Notes: generated from the letters alone by a model not told the origin. Counted from the stretch's first letter, positions 20,031 to 29,998 are shown. The stretch: 58,928 nucleotides of DNA from a virus (IMGVR_UViG_3300036945_000677:1-58928), one strand, 5' to 3'. A program made the numbers and translations.

Positions 20031-20696
20031 TTAGCTAATTGTTACAGTTGGAACGTTAGGAATATTACAGATTGGTGGAGCAACAGGTGTTACAGTATCT
20101 GCTGATATTTCTGTTGACCATGAGCTTTCACTTCCGTCTGTACATAAAGTTTTTACTTGAATGTAATAAGCAGAACCGCTATCTAATCCGGTAATTACAG
20201 CAGAAGCTGTTCCAGTACTAAATGAACTGTTAGGTAACAATCCACCTACTTGTGTCCAGGATATAGAACTTGATTTTCTTACACGGATATAGTATCCACT
20301 GACACCGGTGATTTTTGTCCAGCTCACCGTAAACCCTTGACTAGTAGAATTTGATCTGGTAATTCCAGCAGGTATTTGACACAAAGTGATTGTTAGACAA
20401 TCCACACTGCATACAATCTGAGCAAATAAAGTCTTTAATGCGGAATCATCTCTGATCATGCGGAGTAATGACCGCACAAAGTTTTCGTCATAGCAGGTTG
20501 CCAGGTCGTTAATTACTTTGTCCAACCGGTCTCCGGTTTTAATTCCTTTACAAGGAATATCAGCACCAGCATACGAAATACACTTGGTGTCTAAAATCTC
20601 CTCGCAAGGTTCACCTACGCATGGTGGTGGTGCAGGTTGCTCAACAGGCGGAGTCTGTTGACATTCGTGGCAGTAATCGTTAGGATATATTGACAT
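20031..20696 (-). CDS. Cys-rich tail protein with a C-terminal FN3 domain
   Basis: KCISYAGADIPC motif; VSWTKITGVSGYYIRVR...TGLDSGSAYYIQV. Confidence 0.65.
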   Translation of the reverse strand: MSIYPNDYCHECQQTPPVEQPAPPPCVGEPCEEILDTKCISYAGADIPCKGIKTGDRLDKVINDLATCYDENFVRSLLRMIRDDSALKTLFAQIVCSVDCLTITLCQIPAGITRSNSTSQGFTVSWTKITGVSGYYIRVRKSSSISWTQVGGLLPNSSFSTGTASAVITGLDSGSAYYIQVKTLCTDGSESSWSTEISADTVTPVAPPICNIPNVPTVTIS

Positions 20697-20712
20697 TGTT
20701 TAAAATATTAGA

Positions 20713-22173
20713 TTATGATACGGTAGCAGTTTTAACACTGGTAGAGCTTGCTCCACAAGTTCCGCTGTAATTAACAGTTACTTCTACTTTGTAGTTACCG
20801 ATACCCAATCCTGTTTGAGAGGTACTGATGCCGGTAATATTGTTCATGCTCACCAATGAGTATGATCCTGATACCTCTTTGTATACTGCTACAGTGTAAT
20901 AGTTTACAGGTACACCAATTCCAGTAGGAGCAGTGTAAGAAATAGCAAGTGATCCAGCTCCAGGAGTAACTGTCAAACCAGTAACCGGATTTTTGATACA
21001 AGGAAGGGTGATTATTTTCGTAGTCACTTTTGCACAGGTAGTAGAACCATTGACGATATTAGTTTCTAATGTCACTGTCAAGTCCTTGGTGATGTCAATA
21101 CCGTTTGCACTCAAGTTCACAACTGTACCAGAAGCGTTTGCAGTCAATGCAACCAAGTCTATTGTTAGCACATAGGAGTTTGTTCCGTCACTGATGGTAA
21201 ACTTATTTACTGTTCCATTTGACCATCCACCAGGAATGCTCATGTAACCATAGGTCTTAAGAGTTGCCTGGGTTCTGTCGGTACTAAATGCAAAGCTAAA
21301 ATCAGGTTTAAAGTTATCACACGCTAAAGTTGCGCTTGATGCTTTCAGTGTTGATACCTGTGTGCGCATGTCACATATTGTCAACCAAAGGTTGGTAATC
21401 GCGTCAGCACCGGTTACAGGGGTTGCCTGCCAACCTGAAATGCTGCTCATAATTCCTGAACCTGTAAGTTTATTCTCAGCTGCAAGTCCTGCACACTGTT
21501 TTGCAACAGCACTGGAAATAGCTGAAGCAGTGCCTGTAGCAACACGCAAAGCGCAGAACGCCTCTTCAATAGCTTCTACAGCTACGTCTATGTCAGTCAA
21601 TCCACTACCTACACAAGTAAGGTTTGCCTGTAAAGTGGTGTTACCTGCAAGTGCTTGCTGAAGATCTGCAACATCCTGTTCTAGTGACCCTACACGGGTA
21701 ACCAACGTATTCACAGTACTGTTGATGTTACAAAGTCTGTTTGCTACCAGGACAACATATTCGTCCACCGGTAAACTAACAACAGTTGTAGCACCTACAC
21801 TGTACTGAAGACAAGCTGGCAAGTTTACAACAGGAAGTGTCTGTATTGTACCGTTTCCGTCATTTACGCCACCTGTATTGATGATATCTTCAAGATTGCA
21901 TATTTTGTTGATTAACAACTGCAACACTATACGAAGTGTTTTTTGCGGTTCCGGACACGTGTTGCAAGATTCCACTAAACAACTCAAGTCAAGACTTGAA
22001 AGGTTCAATTGCTCTGCAAGCGCACAGTGTGCTGTACCTAATTTGTACAATACGTCTTCTACTGAGTCTCCATGACAAAGGTTCAGACAGGAAATATCTG
22101 GACCATTCCAGACTACGCAGCGAGATGATGTTTTAGCACAAGCTGCTTCTTTATGACGATCAACGGGTTTCAT
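20713..22173 (-). CDS. Cys-rich tail fibre/hub-like protein with coiled coil and FN3-like C-terminus
   Basis: RCVVWNGPDISC motif, heptad region (LVTRVGSLEQDVADLQQAL), TGLGIGNYKVEV. Confidence 0.6.
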   Translation of the reverse strand: MKPVDRHKEAACAKTSSRCVVWNGPDISCLNLCHGDSVEDVLYKLGTAHCALAEQLNLSSLDLSCLVESCNTCPEPQKTLRIVLQLLINKICNLEDIINTGGVNDGNGTIQTLPVVNLPACLQYSVGATTVVSLPVDEYVVLVANRLCNINSTVNTLVTRVGSLEQDVADLQQALAGNTTLQANLTCVGSGLTDIDVAVEAIEEAFCALRVATGTASAISSAVAKQCAGLAAENKLTGSGIMSSISGWQATPVTGADAITNLWLTICDMRTQVSTLKASSATLACDNFKPDFSFAFSTDRTQATLKTYGYMSIPGGWSNGTVNKFTISDGTNSYVLTIDLVALTANASGTVVNLSANGIDITKDLTVTLETNIVNGSTTCAKVTTKIITLPCIKNPVTGLTVTPGAGSLAISYTAPTGIGVPVNYYTVAVYKEVSGSYSLVSMNNITGISTSQTGLGIGNYKVEVTVNYSGTCGASSTSVKTATVS

Positions 22174-22180
22174 GTTACGA

Positions 22181-22405
22181 TTATAGGGTTTGAATTAATT
22201 CTTTCATACGGTCTAGGGTGCATGCACCTGTACTCATACATAGTGGGTCCAGTTCGATATTTCTCTTGTAAAGTTCACGGATGTCACTAATGTAATCCAG
22301 GTCGTAACGCAAGGCGCACTCGCGTAACCCAAATCGCTGAGTCATCAGTTTTTTCTTTGCACTCTTTGCAAATGCAGTGTCGACTTTATCAAGAAGTATA
22401 TCCAT
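22181..22405 (-). CDS. Hypothetical protein (tail cluster)
   Basis: 74-aa ORF tightly coupled to its neighbours. Confidence 0.6.
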   Translation of the reverse strand: MDILLDKVDTAFAKSAKKKLMTQRFGLRECALRYDLDYISDIRELYKRNIELDPLCMSTGACTLDRMKELIQTL

Positions 22406-22581
22406 TATCTGGTAAAATTTTGCAATTTAAGTTTGTTCAAGTCATCTATTGAAAGTGACTTTTTATTTACAATAGAGTTTTCATAGTTGCTTACACAGTT
22501 TGTGCAGCATTGTTTTCCATCGTTTGCAGTGCGCATTTGGCAGCTGCAACTGATCATTGTTTGACAATTAGGACAATTCAT
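22405..22581 (-). CDS. Small Cys-rich protein
   Basis: Likely start 22581: MNCPNCQTMISCSCQ...CCTNC; its stop overlaps the next ATG. Confidence 0.6.
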   Translation of the reverse strand: MNCPNCQTMISCSCQMRTANDGKQCCTNCVSNYENSIVNKKSLSIDDLNKLKLQNFTR

Positions 22582-22603
22582 GAATATGTTGGTTAGTTGG
22601 TTT

Positions 22604-23155
22604 TTAACAATCTGAACAACAGGTCTGATAGAAGTTGCGTAAGAGTTTGCTTGCATACTCGTACATTTCCATTCCCTGTTTTACAGCGTGACAAGACTCT
22701 ACCTGTGCTTTTGCAGCATCAATGTAAAGTTTGATCAATCTGAGTTTGTGAAGATTTGCTTCCATCTCAGCGGAAGGTTCACAAGGTTCTAAACGGATTT
22801 GACATAAAATACGGTAGTATTCATTTACCTGGAGCGTATTACGCAAGTGGTAATATTCAACGTACACTTTGTCATTGGGTGATACGCTGTATTGAATGTG
22901 ATATACTCCATCCAGGAGGATTACCGGAGAGGTATCACCTAATTGAACCAATCCCAGTTGCGTTGCATCAACGTTGTTTGCACTTGCCGGTTCTACATTT
23001 TCTATGAAAATCGGGGTAGCAAACCCAGGAAGGGTAATATCGAAACGTCCACAATCTACGCTTAAACCAGCTGCGTAGTTACTTACATCTACTATTCGAA
23101 GAGTGTAGGGATTAGAGGTTTCAGGAATGTCGATTGCGAGATTGTGTTTTGCCAT
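22604..23155 (-). CDS. Putative tail hub/structural protein
   Basis: 183 aa; LDGVYHIQYSV; first gene of the tail cluster after the auxiliary capsid gene. Confidence 0.55.
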   Translation of the reverse strand: MAKHNLAIDIPETSNPYTLRIVDVSNYAAGLSVDCGRFDITLPGFATPIFIENVEPASANNVDATQLGLVQLGDTSPVILLDGVYHIQYSVSPNDKVYVEYYHLRNTLQVNEYYRILCQIRLEPCEPSAEMEANLHKLRLIKLYIDAAKAQVESCHAVKQGMEMYEYASKLLRNFYQTCCSDC

Positions 23156-23175
23156 GGGATAAGTAAGTAACTCTA

Positions 23176-23189
23176 CTAATAGAATTTAA
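23176..23189 (-). promoter_or_regulatory. Candidate late promoter motif copy (TTAAATTCTATTAG)
   Basis: Variant of the shared motif between a terminator and the 23155 start. Confidence 0.4.
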
Positions 23190-23204
23190 TCATTTTTTCT
23201 GTAT

Positions 23205-23243
23205 AAAACAACAAAACAAAAAGGGATCGCAAAATGCGACCCC
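23205..23243 (-). terminator. Putative intrinsic terminator
   Basis: GGG-TCGCA/TGCGA-CCC hairpin followed by a long T tract on the minus strand. Confidence 0.6.
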
Positions 23244-23270
23244 AATTCGTATATAAAAACCAACCGAGGT

Positions 23271-24611
23271 TTAGTGGAGAGCTGTTGCGTCAACTACATC
23301 AAGTTTGTTGCTTCCAAGTTCAGTGAACTTAGTAAACCACGCTTCGAACGTTGAACTAAACGCTGTTACAACGATACGGATCAAGTATTGATCAGCATCC
23401 AATAAACCGTTTGAGTTACTGTTACGAGGAACGTTGTGCAAAATGTAGTAAGATTTGTAGCTAGTGCTACGAGACACATCAGACAATGAAGTATCGTTCA
23501 ATACTTCACGCATTCTTGGATCTTGCTGCCAAGGTTCTTGCAAATAACGTTTTTGCAAAATCAACTCACGCAATACTGTTTCACCTAAACCGTCAGCAAC
23601 TTGTGGTGCTTGAGTTTCAGTTACACAGAACGCCAATGCACTGCATGGGTTACCACTCTCATCTACCACAGATGGGTAAATTTGAACTGGTGCCATTTCC
23701 ACGAAGTCTTTAGGATTGAATGAACAATCACCAAAGGTAGTGTCTTGGTATGCAGCGTATAAGTCTAAATGCGCTTGAACAGCAGGAATGTTAGCTTGAA
23801 CAGTTACAGGAACATAAGTACCAGTAATCGCTTCAGTCCAGAATACAACAGCAGCGGTTGAACCAGCAGCAGTTGCAGCTTTACCAAAAGTGATGGTAGT
23901 ACCTGAAACAACAGTTACAAACGTGTTAGCAGGAATACCTGCTCCAGTTACTTTTTGACCAACTACAATACCAGTAGCAGAAGACACAACCATAGTTGTA
24001 CCAGCACTAGACCAGGTTGCAGTAGGAGCAGCAGTTTTAGAATAAACTTTAGGGTTTACAAACTGGTTAAGAATTGGATCAAGTTTGATTTGATCTTTCC
24101 ATGCTAAGAACACAACAGTTGGATCAACGATGTCAGTTGCTAAAGTGCAACAGCCAGTGAAACCGTCCATTGTTCTGTACAAGTTGTGCGTCAAGAAACG
24201 AAGTGCAGGAGAACCTTTTACGTCGATACGTAAACGGTAAGTTTTGTTACACAATAAACTGTAACCAGCGTCACAACCAACCTTTACGATTTGGTTAACA
24301 GCTGATTGACTGTCTACTTTGTAGAATTTGCTCACGTAACGTGGGTTGATACCTTTAGTCTTGATAGACTCTTTGTAACCACCGTGGAACGGACCAATTT
24401 TATCTACTGTGTGGAAGCTACCTTGTGCAAGGTAGATTTGCGGAATGTACGCGGAAGGAACTGTTCCAACTTTGTACACTGTCTGAGCTTTAGCGTCAAC
24501 GATACCAATTTGACCAGCGGTCAAAGTAGAAGTTGCAACACCAGCTGTTGAATCATAAAATCCAGCTGTGCCTATCAAGACTTTCTGGAATGCGTGTGGA
24601 AAATAAGACAT
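23271..24611 (-). CDS. Auxiliary capsid protein (crAss-like)
   Basis: 446 aa with strong codon bias like the MCP; a few genes downstream of the MCP and followed by a terminator. Confidence 0.6.
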   Translation of the reverse strand: MSYFPHAFQKVLIGTAGFYDSTAGVATSTLTAGQIGIVDAKAQTVYKVGTVPSAYIPQIYLAQGSFHTVDKIGPFHGGYKESIKTKGINPRYVSKFYKVDSQSAVNQIVKVGCDAGYSLLCNKTYRLRIDVKGSPALRFLTHNLYRTMDGFTGCCTLATDIVDPTVVFLAWKDQIKLDPILNQFVNPKVYSKTAAPTATWSSAGTTMVVSSATGIVVGQKVTGAGIPANTFVTVVSGTTITFGKAATAAGSTAAVVFWTEAITGTYVPVTVQANIPAVQAHLDLYAAYQDTTFGDCSFNPKDFVEMAPVQIYPSVVDESGNPCSALAFCVTETQAPQVADGLGETVLRELILQKRYLQEPWQQDPRMREVLNDTSLSDVSRSTSYKSYYILHNVPRNSNSNGLLDADQYLIRIVVTAFSSTFEAWFTKFTELGSNKLDVVDATALH

Positions 24612-24636
24612 GATATATAAATATTAGGGGTTGTTG

Positions 24637-25056
24637 TTATTGTAAAAATATTAGTTTGTACTTTGCAGAGTTGATTGTAGATTTTGCTTCGTCTAGTGAA
24701 TTAACAATTTCTGAGTGAGGCATTATACCTTGCAGATTTTCAATCTTTACCTTTAGCTCTCTTAAATAAGATAATGCATCAGAAACACTTTTACAAGCAT
24801 ATTCTTCGCGCACTAGCGGTATATCTAAAATCTTTTCAGTTGCTCCTTGAAATTGTTCTACTAAGTTATCTGCATGACCTTTGATCGCATCGTAGAAATC
24901 ATTCAGTGCTTCATGCGCTGCATGACTTCCAGGACCAGTAATACTCAAATGCGTTTTATGCAAATGCGAAGACGCGTTTAACAATTCAGCAGCAAGCATT
25001 GCAGTACTGGTTTCTAATTGACCTCCTGGTCTCTTTAATACTTGTGGTATACTCAT
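24637..25056 (-). CDS. Ferritin/Dps-like protein (DUF5856-like)
   Basis: HLHKTH...HEALNDFYD...DNLVEQFQG four-helix ferritin-like pattern. Confidence 0.7.
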   Translation of the reverse strand: MSIPQVLKRPGGQLETSTAMLAAELLNASSHLHKTHLSITGPGSHAAHEALNDFYDAIKGHADNLVEQFQGATEKILDIPLVREEYACKSVSDALSYLRELKVKIENLQGIMPHSEIVNSLDEAKSTINSAKYKLIFLQ

Positions 25057-25757
25057 TAGTTATTCCTTTCTACTGATTGACTGGTTCTTTGAACTTGTAA
25101 CCCGCTTTCGATATCGGCAGCGAGAATAAAGCATGTTTCCTCTATTAGCAATTCCATTACGTCATCTTTGAACTCTCCGGTTATGTCTGCTCCACTGGTA
25201 CCTCCGGTTTGAAGGTTAGTACATCCTGCAAACTCCACCACACGTGGCATACGGTAGTACATCAATGACACAGTGTCCATGATCCATTCAGGTTCGTGAT
25301 AGATCCTAAAACGATTAGCTCCCATAACAGAAAATGTTTCACCCCATTCCCAGGAAGGATTGCGATGAGTATCTGCAAGTAAGTCAGCAACGTCAGCTTG
25401 TTCTGCGATATAGGTGTTTACCCTGTGCGCAGGACAGCATTCTTTTGCAACCATGAGGTCTAAACGTTTAAAAAACAAATAGTTACCTGGAAGAAGAGAA
25501 GTTTCAAAGAACGTTTCCTTTTTTTCTAATGTCAGAGGTGCTTCAGCAAGCAACGGTTGCAAATCATCAATCAGCACTTTAGAAGATTCGTCTCCTTCTT
25601 TACGCATGTTGTTTCCATGCACCTGGCGACGAACCCACTCAATTTGCGCTTTATTAAACGCTTCCAGGATCTGCCAACATTCAAAGTTGTCATAATCCAG
25701 GGAAGCTAGCTTGTTTAAGCGTTGCTTGATTTTGATTTGCAATGTTGCGTTATTCAT
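25056..25757 (-). CDS. Ring protein (head-tail)
   Basis: ILEAFNKAQIEWV...DDLQPLL...LPGNYLF pattern; two genes after the MCP. Confidence 0.6.
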   Translation of the reverse strand: MNNATLQIKIKQRLNKLASLDYDNFECWQILEAFNKAQIEWVRRQVHGNNMRKEGDESSKVLIDDLQPLLAEAPLTLEKKETFFETSLLPGNYLFFKRLDLMVAKECCPAHRVNTYIAEQADVADLLADTHRNPSWEWGETFSVMGANRFRIYHEPEWIMDTVSLMYYRMPRVVEFAGCTNLQTGGTSGADITGEFKDDVMELLIEETCFILAADIESGLQVQRTSQSVERNN

Positions 25758-25776
25758 TGAGTCAGTCTGTTACTTT

Positions 25777-26796
25777 TTATGCGTTCCACTGTTTTTCCAA
25801 AGACTTGGTCAAATCCATAAGGACTTGCTCGTTCAATGGGTTTTTCAAGAACTCAAGAACATCACTAGGGTTTCTACCCATCATGGTGCTCGACTTCATG
25901 TGATAGATACATCCATCACCACGGAAGCTGATCATCTTGTAATACGTAGCATCTTTGATAATTGCGCGAAGTTTTAACACCTCCATGCTCAAATCTGATA
26001 TTGTCAGGAACGTTTCTGCTGCACGGCGTTTGTTTGTCTCCAAAGACTCACCATTGATATAGCGGTCAAGGTTGTCATACATGACATCGTTTGGCGTACT
26101 CTTACGGTACTGTGCGCTATTAGGGTCAATAACCTTGCACACGTACATAAGTTTGTTAACGTTTTTGTCAAAGAGCTTCTGTAATTCAGCAAGAGCTTTA
26201 TTACGTAATTTCTTAAGTTCAGTTTTAGTACCGGCAGTTTCTTCGTATCTGTCCAGGTAAAACTTAGGTGGTTTTGCAAGCGTACGTGCATGCTCCATTG
26301 ATTTCGCTACCAAAGAGAAACCTCCTGCTTCGATCGCTTTGACTTTGATTAAGTCATACGGATCTTTTGCAGGATCCAGGAACAACGGATCGTTACTCAT
26401 GCGTAAGAATATCTTATCCCAAAAATCTCCGTTGTCAGGACGCAACACTTTTACTTTGTTCCAGAACTCAGGGTCATCGGTTTTGATGACATTTGATGCA
26501 AGTCTTTTTTCAAGGTCTACCACCATAATGCGGATTTCCTTAATTCTTGCTTCACGTTCATCTTCTGAAAGGTTCTGAACTTCTTCAGAGAATTCATTGA
26601 GACCAGTCATGTACTGTTTGATCCCGTTACGTTCTAAACATGCTAATTGTTCTTCATGGAAAATTCCATCGAACAATGCGATGTTGTACTTTTCAAGTCC
26701 CATATTTGTTGAACCTTGTTCAACATAAGGACGGATTGCAATTGCAGCACCCCTTTTAAAGGAGTTGTCTGTGCTTTCTACGATTGTTACACTCAT
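25777..26796 (-). CDS. Conserved crAss protein following the MCP (gene 75-like)
   Basis: 339 aa; FWDKIFLRM...LDPAKDPYDLI; synteny. Confidence 0.6.
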   Translation of the reverse strand: MSVTIVESTDNSFKRGAAIAIRPYVEQGSTNMGLEKYNIALFDGIFHEEQLACLERNGIKQYMTGLNEFSEEVQNLSEDEREARIKEIRIMVVDLEKRLASNVIKTDDPEFWNKVKVLRPDNGDFWDKIFLRMSNDPLFLDPAKDPYDLIKVKAIEAGGFSLVAKSMEHARTLAKPPKFYLDRYEETAGTKTELKKLRNKALAELQKLFDKNVNKLMYVCKVIDPNSAQYRKSTPNDVMYDNLDRYINGESLETNKRRAAETFLTISDLSMEVLKLRAIIKDATYYKMISFRGDGCIYHMKSSTMMGRNPSDVLEFLKNPLNEQVLMDLTKSLEKQWNA

Positions 26797-26836
26797 TTGG
26801 TTGGTTTGGTTTTTTAATATCGCGTATCGCGATTTG

Positions 26837-26885
26837 CGATATTGTAAGGATTCGAACCCTAAAATGACACCGACTGTCCAATACC
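26837..26885 (-). ncRNA. Minimal tRNA-like element (acceptor stem, one hairpin, T arm)
   Basis: GGTATTG/CAATATC stem, GACA/TGTC hairpin, TAGGG-TTCGAAT-CCTTA T arm. Confidence 0.55.
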
Positions 26886-26890
26886 AATCC

Positions 26891-26931
26891 AGGAGAGGAA
26901 CCGGGTAGAAAATACTACCCGGCGTGCTCCT
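26891..26931 (-). terminator. Strong hairpin just after the MCP stop (attenuator or stabiliser)
   Basis: CCGGGTAG/CTACCCGG plus AGGAG/CTCCT stems; no clear U tract. Confidence 0.45.
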
Positions 26932-26939
26932 GTTTAAGA

Positions 26940-28556
26940 TTACAATGAAGTTCCTGTGATAGGGTTTCTCATAACAATCTTCAACACCTTAGTGGGATCT
27001 TTAACCCAGATCGCAGGCATTGTTTGAGTCATGAACACTTTGTAACCGTTGAAGTTACCAGAGCTGTTGAACCCTTGTGAACGACCCATGTAGTCCATGG
27101 TACCGTTTTGGTAGAACCATTTCAATTCGTTATCCCATTTCAATTTCAACAAGTAAATGTTGTCATTGGTGTTGTCGGTGATATCGAACACGATGAAGTT
27201 GTAAGAAGACAATGGGAAACCGTCAACGATTGGGTTTTCAATGTCGTTAGTGTGAACGTTGTCGAACGCTGGGTTCAATACAAACTTCACGTTAGCTAAG
27301 AACGGAATAGTGTAAGAAGTGAACGCAAAACCGAAGTTCAAGTCCATTCCTTTACCAGTGATTGCCCCGATGTCAGCAGCTTGAACAACCAAACCTGCAC
27401 CTAAAGCTTCCTTCTTAATAGATTCGTTAACCATCTTCATACCAGCCATACCAGTTTGAACTATGATTTGACGCTTAGGATCTGGACCGTTGAACTCAAC
27501 TTTACCATTGTAGAAGTTGAAGATCTCAGAACGGAACAATTCTAAGTTGAAAGAACCTTTGTTGTACACACGTTTGTACGCGTTGTCCAACTGTTTCCAA
27601 AGACCCACAGATAATCTGATATCATCTGGACCGTCTTGTTTAACACGTCCACCTTGTCCCCACATTAAGTAGGTCTCGATGTCTGTTGCAATTTTGCTCA
27701 AATGAGCTGCTTCCAAATTGGTAACGAAAGTTCTAGACAAGTTTCCGTTTTCGTATGCTTTACGTACGAACTCTTTACCTTGCTTCTTAACCATGTCATC
27801 AATAGAAGTGATTGAAGGATCGATAGACTTATCGAAGTTTCTCCAGATCTCAGTTACAGGAACTGTACCATCTGCATTCATTCCACCTTTCATCATCAAT
27901 TCTGCACGAGAACTGATAGAATAGTGTACGTGTGCTTCAGCACCGCCTACGAAGTTGTAGAATTCACGGTAACCAGCAGAGATTTCCCCGATGTCAGAGA
28001 ATTTCTCACCATACTCACCTCTAGCAGAACCTTTACGGAAATACTTGGTGCCTGGTTTCAAGTAGTTCTTGTCGAAAAACTTGGTGTTGTCATTGTTTAC
28101 AATTTGAACTGTGTAAATGAATCCGTCACCAGCTGGAAGAATGTCTTCAGCAGTAACGTACAATTCCACACCGTTGTATTTGTCGTAGGTAACGATGTCA
28201 CCATGTCCGAAAATACGCTTGTTCAATTTGATTTTGAAAGTGGTTCCATCAACACCTGGAGTAGATGCTAATTCAACGTCCTCAGTGATGTACGGAAGAT
28301 CCTGTACTACAGGAACCTGCCATTTGTACTCACCGCGAGCGTTATCAACCATAATGGTGTTTTTACCACCGAAAGATGCCATCTGATAAAGAGGCATTTC
28401 TACCTTTTGAGACATTGCCCATAAGTCTACCGGACCTAAATCCATAGGTTCAGAAGATTTGAGCATGTTTACCAAATGGTAAGAGTCCAAATGTGATCCC
28501 ACCTTATATTGGGTGTCACGTAGGAACAGACCGTTGTTTAATACTGGAGTTGCCAT
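26940..28556 (-). CDS. Major capsid protein
   Basis: 538 aa with high codon bias; GEYKWQV, ETYLMWGQG and GLWKQL motifs; portal-scaffold-MCP order. Confidence 0.85.
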   Translation of the reverse strand: MATPVLNNGLFLRDTQYKVGSHLDSYHLVNMLKSSEPMDLGPVDLWAMSQKVEMPLYQMASFGGKNTIMVDNARGEYKWQVPVVQDLPYITEDVELASTPGVDGTTFKIKLNKRIFGHGDIVTYDKYNGVELYVTAEDILPAGDGFIYTVQIVNNDNTKFFDKNYLKPGTKYFRKGSARGEYGEKFSDIGEISAGYREFYNFVGGAEAHVHYSISSRAELMMKGGMNADGTVPVTEIWRNFDKSIDPSITSIDDMVKKQGKEFVRKAYENGNLSRTFVTNLEAAHLSKIATDIETYLMWGQGGRVKQDGPDDIRLSVGLWKQLDNAYKRVYNKGSFNLELFRSEIFNFYNGKVEFNGPDPKRQIIVQTGMAGMKMVNESIKKEALGAGLVVQAADIGAITGKGMDLNFGFAFTSYTIPFLANVKFVLNPAFDNVHTNDIENPIVDGFPLSSYNFIVFDITDNTNDNIYLLKLKWDNELKWFYQNGTMDYMGRSQGFNSSGNFNGYKVFMTQTMPAIWVKDPTKVLKIVMRNPITGTSL

Positions 28557-28594
28557 TGTTAGTTAGGGTATAGATTTGTGTTTTGTGTTTATGA

Positions 28595-29833
28595 TTAACT
28601 GCGTCTGAAAATGTTTGCAGCAGGACGCTGTATAGTTCTCTTAGCAGGTTTGTTTGCGTTGTCGTCTATATCTTCTACAGGGTTAGAAGAAATACGATTT
28701 GATTGTTCGGTCTTCAGCTTTCTCACTGTGTCAGCAGCAGCAGCGTTTTGACCTTGTTGTTTGATTTGTGCTTTATACTCTTCCGGATTTGAGAGTAACC
28801 ACATTGCCTCAGCGATGATTCCGTAGTTTGGTTCAGTGTATTGGTATTTTTCCAATAGGTGTCCAAGTAAGTTTACTTTTCTACCACTCACCGAGTCATA
28901 CTTCGCTTGGGTCATTTCAGTGAAGATGAACGCCTGGGTTTTCTTGTCAAGCTTGATTCCGTTTAACTCACCAGCTTTCACTGTTTCGTAAACATTGTCA
29001 ACGTAGGTCTTCATTGCAACTTCACGTTGTTGCTTCATCTGCTCTTGTTGAGCAAGTTGCGCTTCAACCATTTGTTGCTGCATACGGTCCAATTTTGGTT
29101 TAAACCCGCCTGCTTTCTTTTCAAGGACACCTAAGTCGCTCCACTCCTGGATCTGTTCAGCAATCTCATCTTCAGTTCCAAACTGAGTTGCCATCAGGTA
29201 ATGTCTTGCAATTGCATCAGCGTCACTTTGAGGATCAAGTGAACGAGACTCTTCAACAGAGGCAAGCGCACGGAACAATCCTTTTAAGTCGTTTCCACCG
29301 TCTGCTACGTATTTAGCAGCGTATTGCAATTCTTCAGGTAATGATTCAAAGAACTCTTTAGGAGTTTGCTCACGCACTTGACGCTCACGCTCCTGGATGT
29401 TTGCTTCAAGAAGTTCTTCCCAGTCTTTTACTGAGTACTCTTCTAATTTCTTTTCATCTTCAAAAGGAATGATTGTTCCTTTTTCAATGAGTTTGGAGAA
29501 TGTTTCTACCAAACCGCTTTTGTCAATCTTTGCTCTACCTGGTTTCTTTTTATCCTGGTCGTCGTCGTCGTCACCGTCTCCGGTGATGTCGTCTAAGATG
29601 TCATCTGTTGATAATGCAGCTACCGGTGTTTTTTTACCGTCTGGATCATCATCATCATCCACATCCGTTTTTGACCCTGGTCCATCCAGGAAGGAAGTGT
29701 CTACCTGTCCAGGTTTACTGAACATGCTTGGTTTCTTGTCATCACCAGTCAGAATATCTTCTGCTCCTGGTAGTGGTAAAAAGTCGTCAATGTCTATATC
29801 GACATTTGTTGGTGTTGAACTAGGGGTTGTCAT
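28595..29833 (-). CDS. Putative capsid scaffold (crAss gene 77-like)
   Basis: Acidic low-complexity N-terminus and coiled coils; lies between portal and MCP. Confidence 0.65.
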   Translation of the reverse strand: MTTPSSTPTNVDIDIDDFLPLPGAEDILTGDDKKPSMFSKPGQVDTSFLDGPGSKTDVDDDDDPDGKKTPVAALSTDDILDDITGDGDDDDDQDKKKPGRAKIDKSGLVETFSKLIEKGTIIPFEDEKKLEEYSVKDWEELLEANIQERERQVREQTPKEFFESLPEELQYAAKYVADGGNDLKGLFRALASVEESRSLDPQSDADAIARHYLMATQFGTEDEIAEQIQEWSDLGVLEKKAGGFKPKLDRMQQQMVEAQLAQQEQMKQQREVAMKTYVDNVYETVKAGELNGIKLDKKTQAFIFTEMTQAKYDSVSGRKVNLLGHLLEKYQYTEPNYGIIAEAMWLLSNPEEYKAQIKQQGQNAAAADTVRKLKTEQSNRISSNPVEDIDDNANKPAKRTIQRPAANIFRRS

Positions 29834-29859
29834 TTCTTGGTTGGTTTTTTGACCGAGGT

Positions 29860-29876
29860 CTACATTAATAATCTAC
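29860..29876 (-). promoter_or_regulatory. Candidate late promoter motif copy (GTAGATTATTAATGTAG)
   Basis: Variant of the shared motif upstream of the scaffold-MCP operon. Confidence 0.45.
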
Positions 29877-29971
29877 ATAATTTTAAACGTTCGAGAGTTA
29901 TATGTAGAACTAAAAAATTACAAAGACGTATTACATCGCTAAAGAAACTTGGATGAATACCTAATGAGCAT

Positions 29972-29998
29972 AAAAAACCCCGTCACAGTGGACGGGGT
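29972..29998 (-). terminator. Intrinsic terminator after portal
   Basis: ACCCCGTC-loop-GACGGGGT followed by TTTTT on the minus strand. Confidence 0.75.
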
